In this document: positions 43,620-56,308 of the stretch, in pieces
How the letters are laid out: every line of letters starts with the position of its first letter
Position numbering within the stretch: the stretch's first letter is position 1
Source: an uncultured Actinomycetes bacterium
GTDB taxonomy: Bacteria > Actinomycetota > Thermoleophilia > UBA2241
Length of the DNA: 64,000 nt
Assembly (NCBI GenBank): GCA_963767005.1
Contig: CAVYCN010000018.1
Span: 64,001 to 128,000 of the forward strand
Direction: 5' to 3'
Program-made: the position numbers and the translations under genes
The notes under the pieces: generated by a model
Database searches by the model: none
What the model was told of the DNA's origin: nothing
Seen by the model: only the letters and a program-made list of their open reading frames with translations

Positions 43620-45785
43620 CTACGCGGCCTGCGTCTGCGAGCGGGCGGCGTCGGCCAGCGTGCCGAGCAAGCCGCCGACCGACTCGCGCACCGCCTCGCT
43701 GCGTCCTCCGTCACGCACGCAGCTCCACACCAGATGAGTGTCGCCTGCCCCGTCGCCGCGCGCCGGTCCCATGACGTCGCGGATCTGGCGCTGCGCCTCG
43801 CGCAGATGGCCTTCGTCGCACGACGCGCCCATCACCGCGAGCGGCTTGCCGGCGAGGGCCTCGCGACCGTCCTGCGAGTCCGCCGCCCAGGCGAAGGCGT
43901 TGCGCAGCGCCGCGCGCACGTCGCCCTCGTACTGCGGCGTCGCCACGAGCACGGCGCCCGCCCGGCGCAGCGCGGCGCGCAGATGCTCGACCTGCACCGG
44001 CTCGGCCGTCTCGGTGGCCGCGCCGTCGCCTGGGTAGTCGGGTAGCGAGGCGACGTCGAACTCGTCGATCGTCATGCCCTCGGGCGCCTGACGCTGGGCC
44101 GCGCGGAACAGGCTGCGATGGTACGAGCGCCGGCCGCCGGCGGACGCGCTGGCCGCGACCAGGCCGAGCACCTGCACGGGGCGCGACTGCACGGCGACGG
44201 GCGCCGCGGCCCGCGCGGGACCGGCGGCGGCGGCCGGCACGGCCGCCGCCGCCTCGGCCGCCACCTTCGCCTTCGACTCGATGAGGGCGGCCGCGAGCGC
44301 GGCCGCCCCGGCGAGCACGCCGGCCAGCACCCAGAAGCCCACCCGGAAGCCGTGCGTGGCGGCCGCGACCGGAGCCAGCGCGCCCAGGCCGGCGTGAGTC
44401 CGCAGGTAGCTCGTCGTCGCGGTCGTGGCGACCGTCGTGATCACCGCGAGACCCACCGCGCCGCCGATCTGCTGGCTCGTGTTGATCAGGCCCGACGCCG
44501 CGCCCGCCTCGTCGCCGCGAGCGCCGGTCAGCGACGAGATCGTGTCGGGTACGAAGGCCAGACCCAGGCCGGCGCCCGTGAGCAGGAACCCGGGCAGCAG
44601 GTCGGCGACGTAGCTGCCGTGCACCGGCAGGCGCGTGTAGAGCAGCACGGCGACGGCGGCCAGGGCGAGCCCGACGGGCAGCACCACGCGCGAGCCGAAC
44701 CGGTTGACGAGCGACTGGGCTACCACCGCCGAGACCACGACGAGGAACGTGGTCGCGATGTAGGCCACGCCCGTCTTGAGGGCCGAGTAGCCCAGGATCT
44801 GCTGCATGTACAGGGACAGCAGGAAGAACTGCGAGAACAGGCCCGCCCCGATCAGAAAGCCGACTACGTTCGCCGCCCGGGGCGTGCGCAGGCCGAGGAT
44901 GCGGAGCGGCAGCACGGCGTTGCGCGAGCGCACCTCGATGACGACGAAGGCGGTGAGCAGACCGGCGGCGGCGATCAGCAGACCGATCGTCTCGGCCGCG
45001 CCCCAGCCGACCTGCGTCGCCCGGGTGAGGGCGTAGACGAGGACCATGAGGCCGCCGGTCACGGTCACGGCGCCGGGCAGGTCGAAGCTGCGCCGGGCGC
45101 CCTCGAGACGGCTCGCCGGCAGCAGGAACGGGCACAGCGCGATCAGCGCCGCGCCGATCGGCACGTTGATGTAGAAGATCCACTGCCAGCCCAGGCCGCT
45201 CGTCAGCACGCCGCCCAGCAGGGTGCCGGCCGCCGCCCCGCTGCCGGCGATGCCGCCCCAGATACCGAGCGCCAGGTTGCGCTCGCGGCCCTCGGCGAAC
45301 GTCGCGACCAGGATCGACAGGGCCGCCGGCGACAGCAGCGCGCCGCCCAGCCCCTGGATGCAGCGGAAGGTGATGAGCGACGCCTCGGACCACGACAGCC
45401 CGCAGGCGAGCGAGGCGCCGGCGAACAGAATGAGCCCGATCATGAACAGGCGCCGGCGGCCCAGCACATCGGCGAGGCGGCCGCCCAGCAGCAGGAACCC
45501 GCCGAAGAAGATGGCGTAGGCCGACAGCACCCACTGCAGGCTCTCGACCGAGAAGTGCAGGTCGCTGCGGATCGAGGGCAGCGCGACGTTCACCACCGCG
45601 ACGTCGAGCACGACCATGAACTGGGCCACGCAGATCGCGGCGAGGATGTACCACTTGCGGCGATCCCAGGCCGAGCGGCCCGGGCTCGGCGCGTCTGCGC
45701 CGCGCTCGCCGCCCGGGCCCGAGCGGCCCGCGCCCGGTCCGGCTGCGCCGAAGGCGGGTGACGGAGATGTCTGAGGGTCGGCCAT
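43620..45785 (-). CDS. DHA2 MFS transporter fused to a flavin reductase-like domain
   Basis: LDVAVVNVALP, GRLADVLGRRR and WIFYINVPIG; C-terminal VLVATPQY...LAGKPLAVMGAS. Confidence 0.88.
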   Translation of the reverse strand: MADPQTSPSPAFGAAGPGAGRSGPGGERGADAPSPGRSAWDRRKWYILAAICVAQFMVVLDVAVVNVALPSIRSDLHFSVESLQWVLSAYAIFFGGFLLLGGRLADVLGRRRLFMIGLILFAGASLACGLSWSEASLITFRCIQGLGGALLSPAALSILVATFAEGRERNLALGIWGGIAGSGAAAGTLLGGVLTSGLGWQWIFYINVPIGAALIALCPFLLPASRLEGARRSFDLPGAVTVTGGLMVLVYALTRATQVGWGAAETIGLLIAAAGLLTAFVVIEVRSRNAVLPLRILGLRTPRAANVVGFLIGAGLFSQFFLLSLYMQQILGYSALKTGVAYIATTFLVVVSAVVAQSLVNRFGSRVVLPVGLALAAVAVLLYTRLPVHGSYVADLLPGFLLTGAGLGLAFVPDTISSLTGARGDEAGAASGLINTSQQIGGAVGLAVITTVATTATTSYLRTHAGLGALAPVAAATHGFRVGFWVLAGVLAGAAALAAALIESKAKVAAEAAAAVPAAAAGPARAAAPVAVQSRPVQVLGLVAASASAGGRRSYHRSLFRAAQRQAPEGMTIDEFDVASLPDYPGDGAATETAEPVQVEHLRAALRRAGAVLVATPQYEGDVRAALRNAFAWAADSQDGREALAGKPLAVMGASCDEGHLREAQRQIRDVMGPARGDGAGDTHLVWSCVRDGGRSEAVRESVGGLLGTLADAARSQTQAA

Positions 45786-46108
45786 CGTCCTCTCCCTGGC
45801 CTCGTGGCTCGGCGGCGCACCGTTCCGGCGACGCGCCGCCCCGCGGTCTTGCCTGTCGACTTCGGCGGCGCGGACCGGTGGTCTTCTGGACGTCACGACC
45901 ACGCGGCAGGGCCCGCCCCGGCCAATCGTTTCGCCGTGCTTTCCCCGACTTTTGAGCGCCCAACCCATCAGATCGCCACGGGTGAGCAACGGCTCCGAGG
46001 ACTAAGGCGACCACACGCCGGGGTATCCCGAGGCCGACGCGGCGCCGGGGTCGCAGGCCGGCCGCCGCCGTCCCGAGGGATGCAGGCTCGAACGAGAGGG
46101 ACAGCTGC

Positions 46109-47215
46109 GTGACCGACATCGTCGCCGCACGGATGGACGGCCGGGCCCCGGCGACCGGCCACACGAGATTCGACGGCGCGGCCGCTGGCGGCGGCGGCGC
46201 GCGCCGCGATCCGGTCGTCTACCTCGATCACGTGCCGGACGCGCTGCTGGCCGAGCTGCCCGCGCGCTACAGCAGCCCCTTCAGCACCGCCGAGTACTTC
46301 GCCATCTACGACCGGCCCGCGCACCTGCAGGCGGTCGAGCTGGGCACGCCGCGCCACGTGCTGGTCTTCACCTCGCGCGGCGCCACCGCCGACGTCCTGA
46401 ACAAGGTGATCGACATCGAGCCGAGCGCCCTGCGCGACGCCGCCGATGCCATCTTTCGCGCGCGGCCGGACGTCAGGCGCATACGAGCCGAGGTGAAGTT
46501 CCCGCCAAGCCGGCTCGAAGGCCCCCAACGGGAGGTCTGCTTCAGCGACGACAACGTGGTCGAGCTGCCGGGCAACCTGGATGAGTATGAGGCGTCACTG
46601 GGGTCGTCGACCCGCCGGAACCTGCGTCGCGCCCGCAATCGCCTGCTGCGCGCGCATCCGGACTTCACGGTGCACACGGTGGAGGGCAGCGACATCACCT
46701 ACGACCTCGTACGTCAGGCGTTCGCCTGGAGCGAGGAGCGTATCCGCGCGAAGGGGCAGGTGTGGGGCTACGCCGGCCAGCCCGTCGCCGCCCATCAGGT
46801 CTGGCGCCTGCTGACCGCGCACGGCGTGGCGCTGTGCGGCTTCATCGGCGATCGCCTCGTGGCCGTCAGCCTCTGTCTGTTCGTCGGTCGCGACTCATGG
46901 GCCCACACGGCGGGCTACGATCCCGCCTTCCTCGACCTGCGCCTGGGCGCGCTCATGGTCTCGTTCGTGATCGCCGAGAGCATCAGCCGGGACTGCGGAC
47001 GCTGTCATCTGTTGTGGGGCACGCCGACGTACAAGTGCGACCTCGGCGCCCGGCCGGTCCGCGCCTGGCGCGTCTCGATCTACCGCTCACGACTCGAGCA
47101 GGCGCTGTACGCGCCGGAGCGCTGGCCGGTGCTCTGGCGCCAGCGCAACGACCACTACTGGCGCCTGCGCGGCGCCGCGAAGCGGCGGCTGCTGGGGACG
47201 ATCGCCCGGGCCTGA
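46109..47215 (+). CDS. GNAT-family protein (CelD/BcsL-like)
   Basis: YEASLGSSTRRNLRRARNRL, AGYDP...LG and LLWGTPTYKCDLG motifs. Confidence 0.75.
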   Translation: MTDIVAARMDGRAPATGHTRFDGAAAGGGGARRDPVVYLDHVPDALLAELPARYSSPFSTAEYFAIYDRPAHLQAVELGTPRHVLVFTSRGATADVLNKVIDIEPSALRDAADAIFRARPDVRRIRAEVKFPPSRLEGPQREVCFSDDNVVELPGNLDEYEASLGSSTRRNLRRARNRLLRAHPDFTVHTVEGSDITYDLVRQAFAWSEERIRAKGQVWGYAGQPVAAHQVWRLLTAHGVALCGFIGDRLVAVSLCLFVGRDSWAHTAGYDPAFLDLRLGALMVSFVIAESISRDCGRCHLLWGTPTYKCDLGARPVRAWRVSIYRSRLEQALYAPERWPVLWRQRNDHYWRLRGAAKRRLLGTIARA

Positions 47216-47264
47216 CGCGAGCGCGCCGAGCAACCCGGGAACGCCACGTTTGATAGGCAACATG

Positions 47265-47340
47265 TGGAGCCGGCGGGGGGAATCGAACCCTCGACCTGCT
47301 GTTTACAAGACAGCTGCTCTGCCAACTGAGCTACGCCGGC
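47265..47340 (-). tRNA. tRNA-Thr(TGT)
   Basis: 76-nt cloverleaf GCCGGCGTAGCTCAGTTGGCAGAGC...CT-TGT-AA...GGTTCGATTCC...GCCGGCTCCA. Confidence 0.97.
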
Positions 47341-47565
47341 CCGCGCCTAGTCTACCGCCCGGCCGGCGGCGCGCGGAACGACCGCACGCGCCGGCGTGTG
47401 CCCCACCCCTGGGGTTGCGCCTCGACGCCGTGGTTCTGCAGCGCATCGCGCGCGGCGATTGAATCCCGGACGACTCGAGCCTACAGTGGGGACAGCCACC
47501 CGGTCGGTAGCAGCGCGACTCCGCACGCCGGTCCCGGCCGCCCACTGAACGAAAGGGATGCAGCG

Positions 47566-47793
47566 ATGACACCGACGGTAGCCGTGGACCTCAACCCTGT
47601 CACCATGGTCATCATCTTCGCGATCGTCGTGCTGCTGTTCGGCGCATCGCGGATACCCGGCCTCGGCAAGTCGGTCGGCCAGAGCATCCGCGGCTTCAAG
47701 TCAGGGCTCGAGGGCGACGACGAGATGGAGCCCAAGAAGCTCGACGGCGGAGCCGGCGCGCAGACGCCCGACAAGAAGCCGCCGCACGACTGA
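47566..47793 (+). CDS. tatA: Twin-arginine translocase TatA
   Basis: TM helix, LLFG hinge, RIPGLGKSVGQSIRGFK amphipathic helix. Confidence 0.92.
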   Translation: MTPTVAVDLNPVTMVIIFAIVVLLFGASRIPGLGKSVGQSIRGFKSGLEGDDEMEPKKLDGGAGAQTPDKKPPHD

Positions 47794-47999
47794 CCGCCAC
47801 GGACGCCTCATCGGCCGGGGCGGCCGACGGCGCCAGCCGACCCCAGAAATGCGACGGACCCCGCGGGGGGCGGGGTCCGTCACCAGGGCTTGGGGGTCGC
47901 CCTTGAGGGGGGTCGAACGGAAGTATGTCCGAGCCGGATTAAGCCGGTGTTAACCAGGGCTTAAGCGAGGTTAATGGGGCTGAGACGAAGCTGAGAGTC

Positions 48000-50843
<2,844 letters not shown>

Positions 50844-50847
<4 letters not shown>

Positions 50848-51692
50848 AGCGAAGCCTCGGCGTCGCGATCGTGGCCGGCGCGACCGCCCGCCTGGGCGGA
50901 ACCGCTCGCGCCATCGCGCGCCGCCGCCACAGCCTCGCCGAGCCGCCAGCCCTCGAGCATCTCGAAGGCCCGCGGGTCGACCAGGTCGAAGTGCAGCGGC
51001 GTGATCGACAGGTAGCCGGCCGCGAGCGCGGCGAAATCGGTGCCGTCCTCGCTGGCGCAGTCGCGCTCGTCGCTTGCGATCGTGTACTGACGCACCGGGC
51101 CCTCACCGGTCTCGAGCACGATGCGCTCGTGCACGCTCGCGCAGCCGAGGCGCGTTATGCGCACGCCGCGGACCTCGGCGGCGGGCGTGTCGGGCAGGTT
51201 GACGTTGAGCACGAGCCCGTGCGGCAGGCCGTCGGTCAGCACGCGCGCCACGATGGGCGCGGCGAGGTGGGCCGCGGCGGCGAAGTGGCGCGGCGCGGCG
51301 CCCTGCACCGACACGGCCACCGCCGGCAGCCCCAGCAGGGCGCCCTCGAGCGCGGCGGCCACGGTGCCGGAGTAGGCCACGTCGTCGCCCAGGTTGGCGC
51401 CCCGGTTGATGCCGGCGACTACGATCTCGGGGCGGTCGCCGAAGAACCCCATCGCTCCGGCGCGCACGCAGTCGGCGGGCGTGCCGTCGAGCGAGAACCC
51501 GTCGAAGCCGTCGCCGAACCGAGTCTCGCGGGCACGCAGCGGCCGGTCGATCGTGATGCTGCGCGCGATCGCGCTGCGGTTGACGTCGGGCGCCAGCGTG
51601 ACCACCGTACCGAGCGGGTCGAGCGCGCGCCGCAGGGCCGCCAGGCCGGGCGCGTCGATACCGTCGTCGTTGGTCAGCAGGATGTGCTTCAT
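50844..51692 (-). CDS. surE: 5'/3'-nucleotidase SurE
   Basis: LLTNDDG, GTPADCV and GINRGANLGDDVAYSGTVAAA motifs. Confidence 0.95.
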
Positions 51693-51899
51693 CGCTCGCG
51701 TCGGATTCTAGCGCACGGCCCGGCCGGACCGTGCCGCCCGTCGCCGCCGGCGACCGCCGGTCGCCGGCCCGCTCCGGCGTCGCCAGCTCTGGCAACGTCC
51801 GGCAGGAGCCCGGCAGCGGACGTCGTAGCAGTCTGAAACCGGCGCGAAAGCGAGTGTGGCAGCACGAGCACTCTCCATCCCGACCTGACCGAGCGGCAT

Positions 51900-52757
<858 letters not shown>

Positions 52758-52810
52758 CAGACGGCGGCGGAGCCCTCAGGCCCGAGGGCAGCTTGGCCGG
52801 CCGCGGGCCC

Positions 52811-54175
52811 TCAGGCCGAGGGCAGCTTGGCCGGCCGCACCTTGGGCAGGCGTGTGTCGGGCCGCGCGAAGACCTCGCCGCTCATGAGCTCGACCCCCAC
52901 GCGGCGCAGCGCCTTCAACTGGCGCACGCCGCCGACCTCGGGGGCGATCAGGCGGGCCTCGATGCGGGCCGCGAAGCGCAGCAGGAGCTGGACGATGTCC
53001 ATGCAGGTCGGGTCGTCGGTCGCGCCGACGCTGATGACGGGGTCGATCGCCAGGTAGTCGGGCCGCGCCCTCGTGATCAGGTCGAAGGCGGTGAGGTGGC
53101 CACCGACCCCGGCGATGCAGACCGGGAAGCCCATCTCACGCACCGGGCCGAGCACGCGCAGGGCCGATGCCGCGTTGCCGGCCACGTCGGCCATCTGCAG
53201 CTCGAACACGACGTGCTGGGGCACGAGCGCCTGGTTCAACGAATAGAACTCGCTCAGCGCGTAGACCGCCGCCGCGGGCAGCTCGACCGACTCGCACGAC
53301 AGCACGAGGAGGGCCTCGGGCCCGAGGCCGACCGCCTTGGTGACGGCGAGCTCGCGCGTCTCGATGCCGTAGCTCGACAGCAGGGCGGAGCGGCGCGCGA
53401 CCTCGTCGAGCACGTCGGGCAGGCGCAGCGGCGAATAGAAGGGTCCGCGGATCGCCGTGTGATAGCCGATCACGCGGCGCTCGGCCACGTCGCAGATGGG
53501 CTCGAAGAGCGGCTCGAGGCTGTGGTTGGCGACGGCGTCGGCCAGGGTGCGCTCGAGATCCTCCTCGTAGAGCAGCCACTCGCGCTCGGCGGCCTGCATG
53601 GCCGCCGCCACGCCGCTCTGCAGCGACTGCTCGAAGGTGAGCTCGGCGTCGGCCTGCAGCACCGCCACCGTCACGAAGGGATGGACGCGGTCGAAGACGC
53701 CCGGCGCGAGGTCGTTCAGCAGCATGGACTGCAGGCGCTCGTACACGCGCCGGCTGATCGCGTTCAGGTCGTCGCGCACGATCTCCTTGGCGCGCCGCGG
53801 CGGCGAGAGCACGACGATGAAGGCGTTGTCGGACAGCGTGAAGTCGGCCAGCACGTCGAGCTTGCGCAGCGACGTGCCCACCATCTCCTGGAGGATGCTC
53901 GAGCAGGCGTCGAGCACGTCTGAGGTGATCTGCCAGCCGAAGACGCGCTCGAGGCGGCCGTAGCGCTTGAGCCCGACGTAGAGGATGGCGACCTCGCCGT
54001 GACGTTCGAGCTCGAGCCTGATGTCGTCGGCGATGACGCTGAGCGAGGGCAGGGTCTTGGAGTCGTCGCTCACCAGGTTGCGCAGGTTGGTGCGCGCCTG
54101 GCGCGCAAAGCGCTCACTCGGCTCCTGGTCGATCAGGGTCCGCTCCGCTGCGAGCTCGTCGTCTGGCGCTGCCAT
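52811..54175 (-). CDS. Degenerate GGDEF-EAL protein
   Basis: FEPICD...GYHTAIRG in place of E-A-L; AGVGG in place of DDFG; SDNAF in place of GGDEF; MSGEVFARP. Confidence 0.8.
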   Translation of the reverse strand: MAAPDDELAAERTLIDQEPSERFARQARTNLRNLVSDDSKTLPSLSVIADDIRLELERHGEVAILYVGLKRYGRLERVFGWQITSDVLDACSSILQEMVGTSLRKLDVLADFTLSDNAFIVVLSPPRRAKEIVRDDLNAISRRVYERLQSMLLNDLAPGVFDRVHPFVTVAVLQADAELTFEQSLQSGVAAAMQAAEREWLLYEEDLERTLADAVANHSLEPLFEPICDVAERRVIGYHTAIRGPFYSPLRLPDVLDEVARRSALLSSYGIETRELAVTKAVGLGPEALLVLSCESVELPAAAVYALSEFYSLNQALVPQHVVFELQMADVAGNAASALRVLGPVREMGFPVCIAGVGGHLTAFDLITRARPDYLAIDPVISVGATDDPTCMDIVQLLLRFAARIEARLIAPEVGGVRQLKALRRVGVELMSGEVFARPDTRLPKVRPAKLPSA

Positions 54176-54195
54176 GACCCCCCCTGCCGGTCGGC

Positions 54196-54585
54196 CTACC
54201 CGCCCTTGCCGGCCGACGACCTGGCGGCCGCGCCGCCCGCGCCGTCGCCCTGCGCCGCGCCGCCGCCCGCCTTGCCGCCGTCGGCTTTGCCGTCGCCCGC
54301 CTTGCCGCCGTCGGCCTTGCCGTCGCCCGAGGCCTTCGTGGCGCCGCCCTCGGAGGCGTCGCCGTCGCGCGACTTGCCGGCCTCGCCGGCGGGGCGCTTG
54401 CTGGAGCCGCGCCCGTAGTCGGTCGTGTAGAAGCCCGAGCCCTTGAAGTGGATGGCGACGGGGTGCAGGACTTTCGTCAGGTGCCCCCCGCAGACCTCGC
54501 AGGCCTCGAGGGGCTCGTCTGCGAACTTCTGGAAGGCTTCGACGGTGTGGCCGCACGCGTCACAGCGGTACTCGTAGATCGGCAA
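54196..54585 (-). CDS. FmdB-family zinc-ribbon protein
   Basis: PIYEYRCDACG...CEVCG...FKGSGFYTTDY with a Gly/Asp/Lys-rich tail. Confidence 0.92.
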   Translation of the reverse strand: MPIYEYRCDACGHTVEAFQKFADEPLEACEVCGGHLTKVLHPVAIHFKGSGFYTTDYGRGSSKRPAGEAGKSRDGDASEGGATKASGDGKADGGKAGDGKADGGKAGGGAAQGDGAGGAAARSSAGKGG

Positions 54586-54717
54586 GAACCTGCTCCTGGC
54601 GTCGCTTCGAGCTCGGCTTTTCAGTCTAGCACAGGGCCGGGCGGCCCGACCGCCGCACCGCCGCGGCCGGTCCGACCGGCCCGGCGGCCGTGCGCGCTTG
54701 CGCGCCGGCCGCGTCGC

Positions 54718-55428
54718 TCAGGCGCCGGGACGGAAGGGCGGTACGTGCCCGGGAATGAGCAGGCTCGCTCCCCACGAGGCGATCGCCCTCCACGAGGCGG
54801 CGAGGACCGGATCGGCTCCCTCGTCGACACCGGCCGCCACGCGCTCGTACTCGTCGCGCGTCGGACCGATGGTGTCGCCGGCGAGCACGACGAGACCGTC
54901 GTCGGTCGCGACGCGGTAGCACACGCCGCCCGCGGTGTGGCCCGGCGTGCGAACCCAGGTGATGCCGGCGGCAAGCTCGCCCTCGTCGCCGCGCAGCAGC
55001 CGCAGCCGCTCGCGCGGCAGGATGCCGGCCACCATGGGTCGGTCGGGGTCGTCGAGCTCGAGCTCGTGAACGACGACCGGCCCCGGCACGTCGGCGCACG
55101 CGCCGGCGTGGTCGAAATGGGCGTGGGTGAGCGCGATCAGGTCGAGGTCGTCGACGCCGAGGTCGCGGGCTTCGAGTGCCCTGATGACGGGTTCGTTCTG
55201 CAGGTGCATGCCAGGGTCGACGAGGATCGTCTGCGGACCGCGCAGCAGCACGGTGTTGGGGTACGTCGTCATGCCGACCACCGTGCGTGCCGCGGCGAGC
55301 TCCTGGTAGAGCGCCCAGGTCTCGGGCGAGCGGTGCTCGGGCAGCACCTCGACGCGCTCGCCGTCGGTCCAGAAGGCGAAGCGGACCGTCGGCAGCAGCA
55401 GCTCGACGCTGTAGACGGCCGTGGCCAT
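54718..55428 (-). CDS. MBL-fold metallo-hydrolase
   Basis: THAHFDHAG, TPGHT, LAGD and IPGH motifs. Confidence 0.9.
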   Translation of the reverse strand: MATAVYSVELLLPTVRFAFWTDGERVEVLPEHRSPETWALYQELAAARTVVGMTTYPNTVLLRGPQTILVDPGMHLQNEPVIRALEARDLGVDDLDLIALTHAHFDHAGACADVPGPVVVHELELDDPDRPMVAGILPRERLRLLRGDEGELAAGITWVRTPGHTAGGVCYRVATDDGLVVLAGDTIGPTRDEYERVAAGVDEGADPVLAASWRAIASWGASLLIPGHVPPFRPGA

Positions 55429-55829
55429 CAGCCGGCCACGGGGCCGGCCGGGGCAGCCGGCGCGGCGCCGCTGTCGGTCTGCGCGTCGCGCGCGTAGATC
55501 GCGTCGACCCGCGCCAGGTTGACGACCACGAACGGCGCGCTCTCGAGCAGCTCGCCGGTGGCGTGCCGGTAGATGCTCGCCCGCGAGAGCGTGAGGCGGC
55601 CATCGGAGATGTGGTGCAGGTGGTCGGAGGCGCGCCGCGAGGTGGCGCGGCCGCCGGTCCCGAAGTGCGCGTAGCCGACGATCTTGAGGTCGCCGCTGTA
55701 GGCGACCACCTCGAGCTCGAGGAACCCGATCTCGACCTTGAACTCATGCTCGGTGTCGCCGGCACGCACCATCACCGGCTCGTCGCCCTCTACCTTCTTG
55801 CCGTCGAACACGTAGAAGTCCACGCTCAC
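55428..55829 (-). CDS. Hypothetical protein
   Basis: 133 aa; AAGGAG RBS; coupled to the MBL gene. Confidence 0.7.
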   Translation of the reverse strand: MSVDFYVFDGKKVEGDEPVMVRAGDTEHEFKVEIGFLELEVVAYSGDLKIVGYAHFGTGGRATSRRASDHLHHISDGRLTLSRASIYRHATGELLESAPFVVVNLARVDAIYARDAQTDSGAAPAAPAGPVAG

Positions 55830-55897
55830 TCCTTGCCTTCGGAGCCCGCCGGGGGTCTCCCGCCGTGTGGCAGGAGGACGCCGGGCCGCCCGTCCGA

Positions 55898-56095
55898 TCA
55901 GTGCCCTTCGGTCTCTGTTTCGCCCGCGCGACAGGATTCTTGAGTACAGGGCGGCCCCGCAAAGGCGGAGAGCGTGCGTCCGCGACGCGCCGCGACCAGG
56001 CGCCGGTAGTGCAGACCGAGCAGCCGCGGCGTGAGGACGGCGCTCAGTGCGCCGCCGAGGATCGTGCCGACGAACACGGTGCGCAGGCGGGCCAT
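55898..56095 (-). CDS. Small membrane-associated hypothetical protein
   Basis: 65 aa with hydrophobic N-terminus; TATAAT-like CATAAT just upstream of ATG. Confidence 0.5.
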   Translation of the reverse strand: MARLRTVFVGTILGGALSAVLTPRLLGLHYRRLVAARRGRTLSAFAGPPCTQESCRAGETETEGH

Positions 56096-56131
56096 GCGGC
56101 CATTATGACGGCGGCGCCGGGCCCGGACAAT

Positions 56132-56304
56132 GTCCCGCGATCGACTTCGTCGTCACGGCTCAGGCGTGCGTGACTACGTCGCGCGCCTAGTCCCGCGATC
56201 GCCTTCGTCGTCACGGCTCAGGCGTGCGTGACTACGTCGCGCGCCTAGTCCCGCGATCGACTTCGTCGTCACGGCTCAGGCGTGCGTGACTACGTCGCGC
56301 GCCT
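56132..56304. repeat. 3 x 58-bp tandem repeat, each unit hairpin-forming
   Basis: Units start at 56132, 56190 and 56248 and are almost identical; internal GTCACG...CGTGAC. Confidence 0.9.
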
Positions 56305-56308
56305 CGCG

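Noticed and set aside
56132-56304. CRISPR array
   Set aside because: Units are contiguous with no unique spacers, and there are no cas genes in the window
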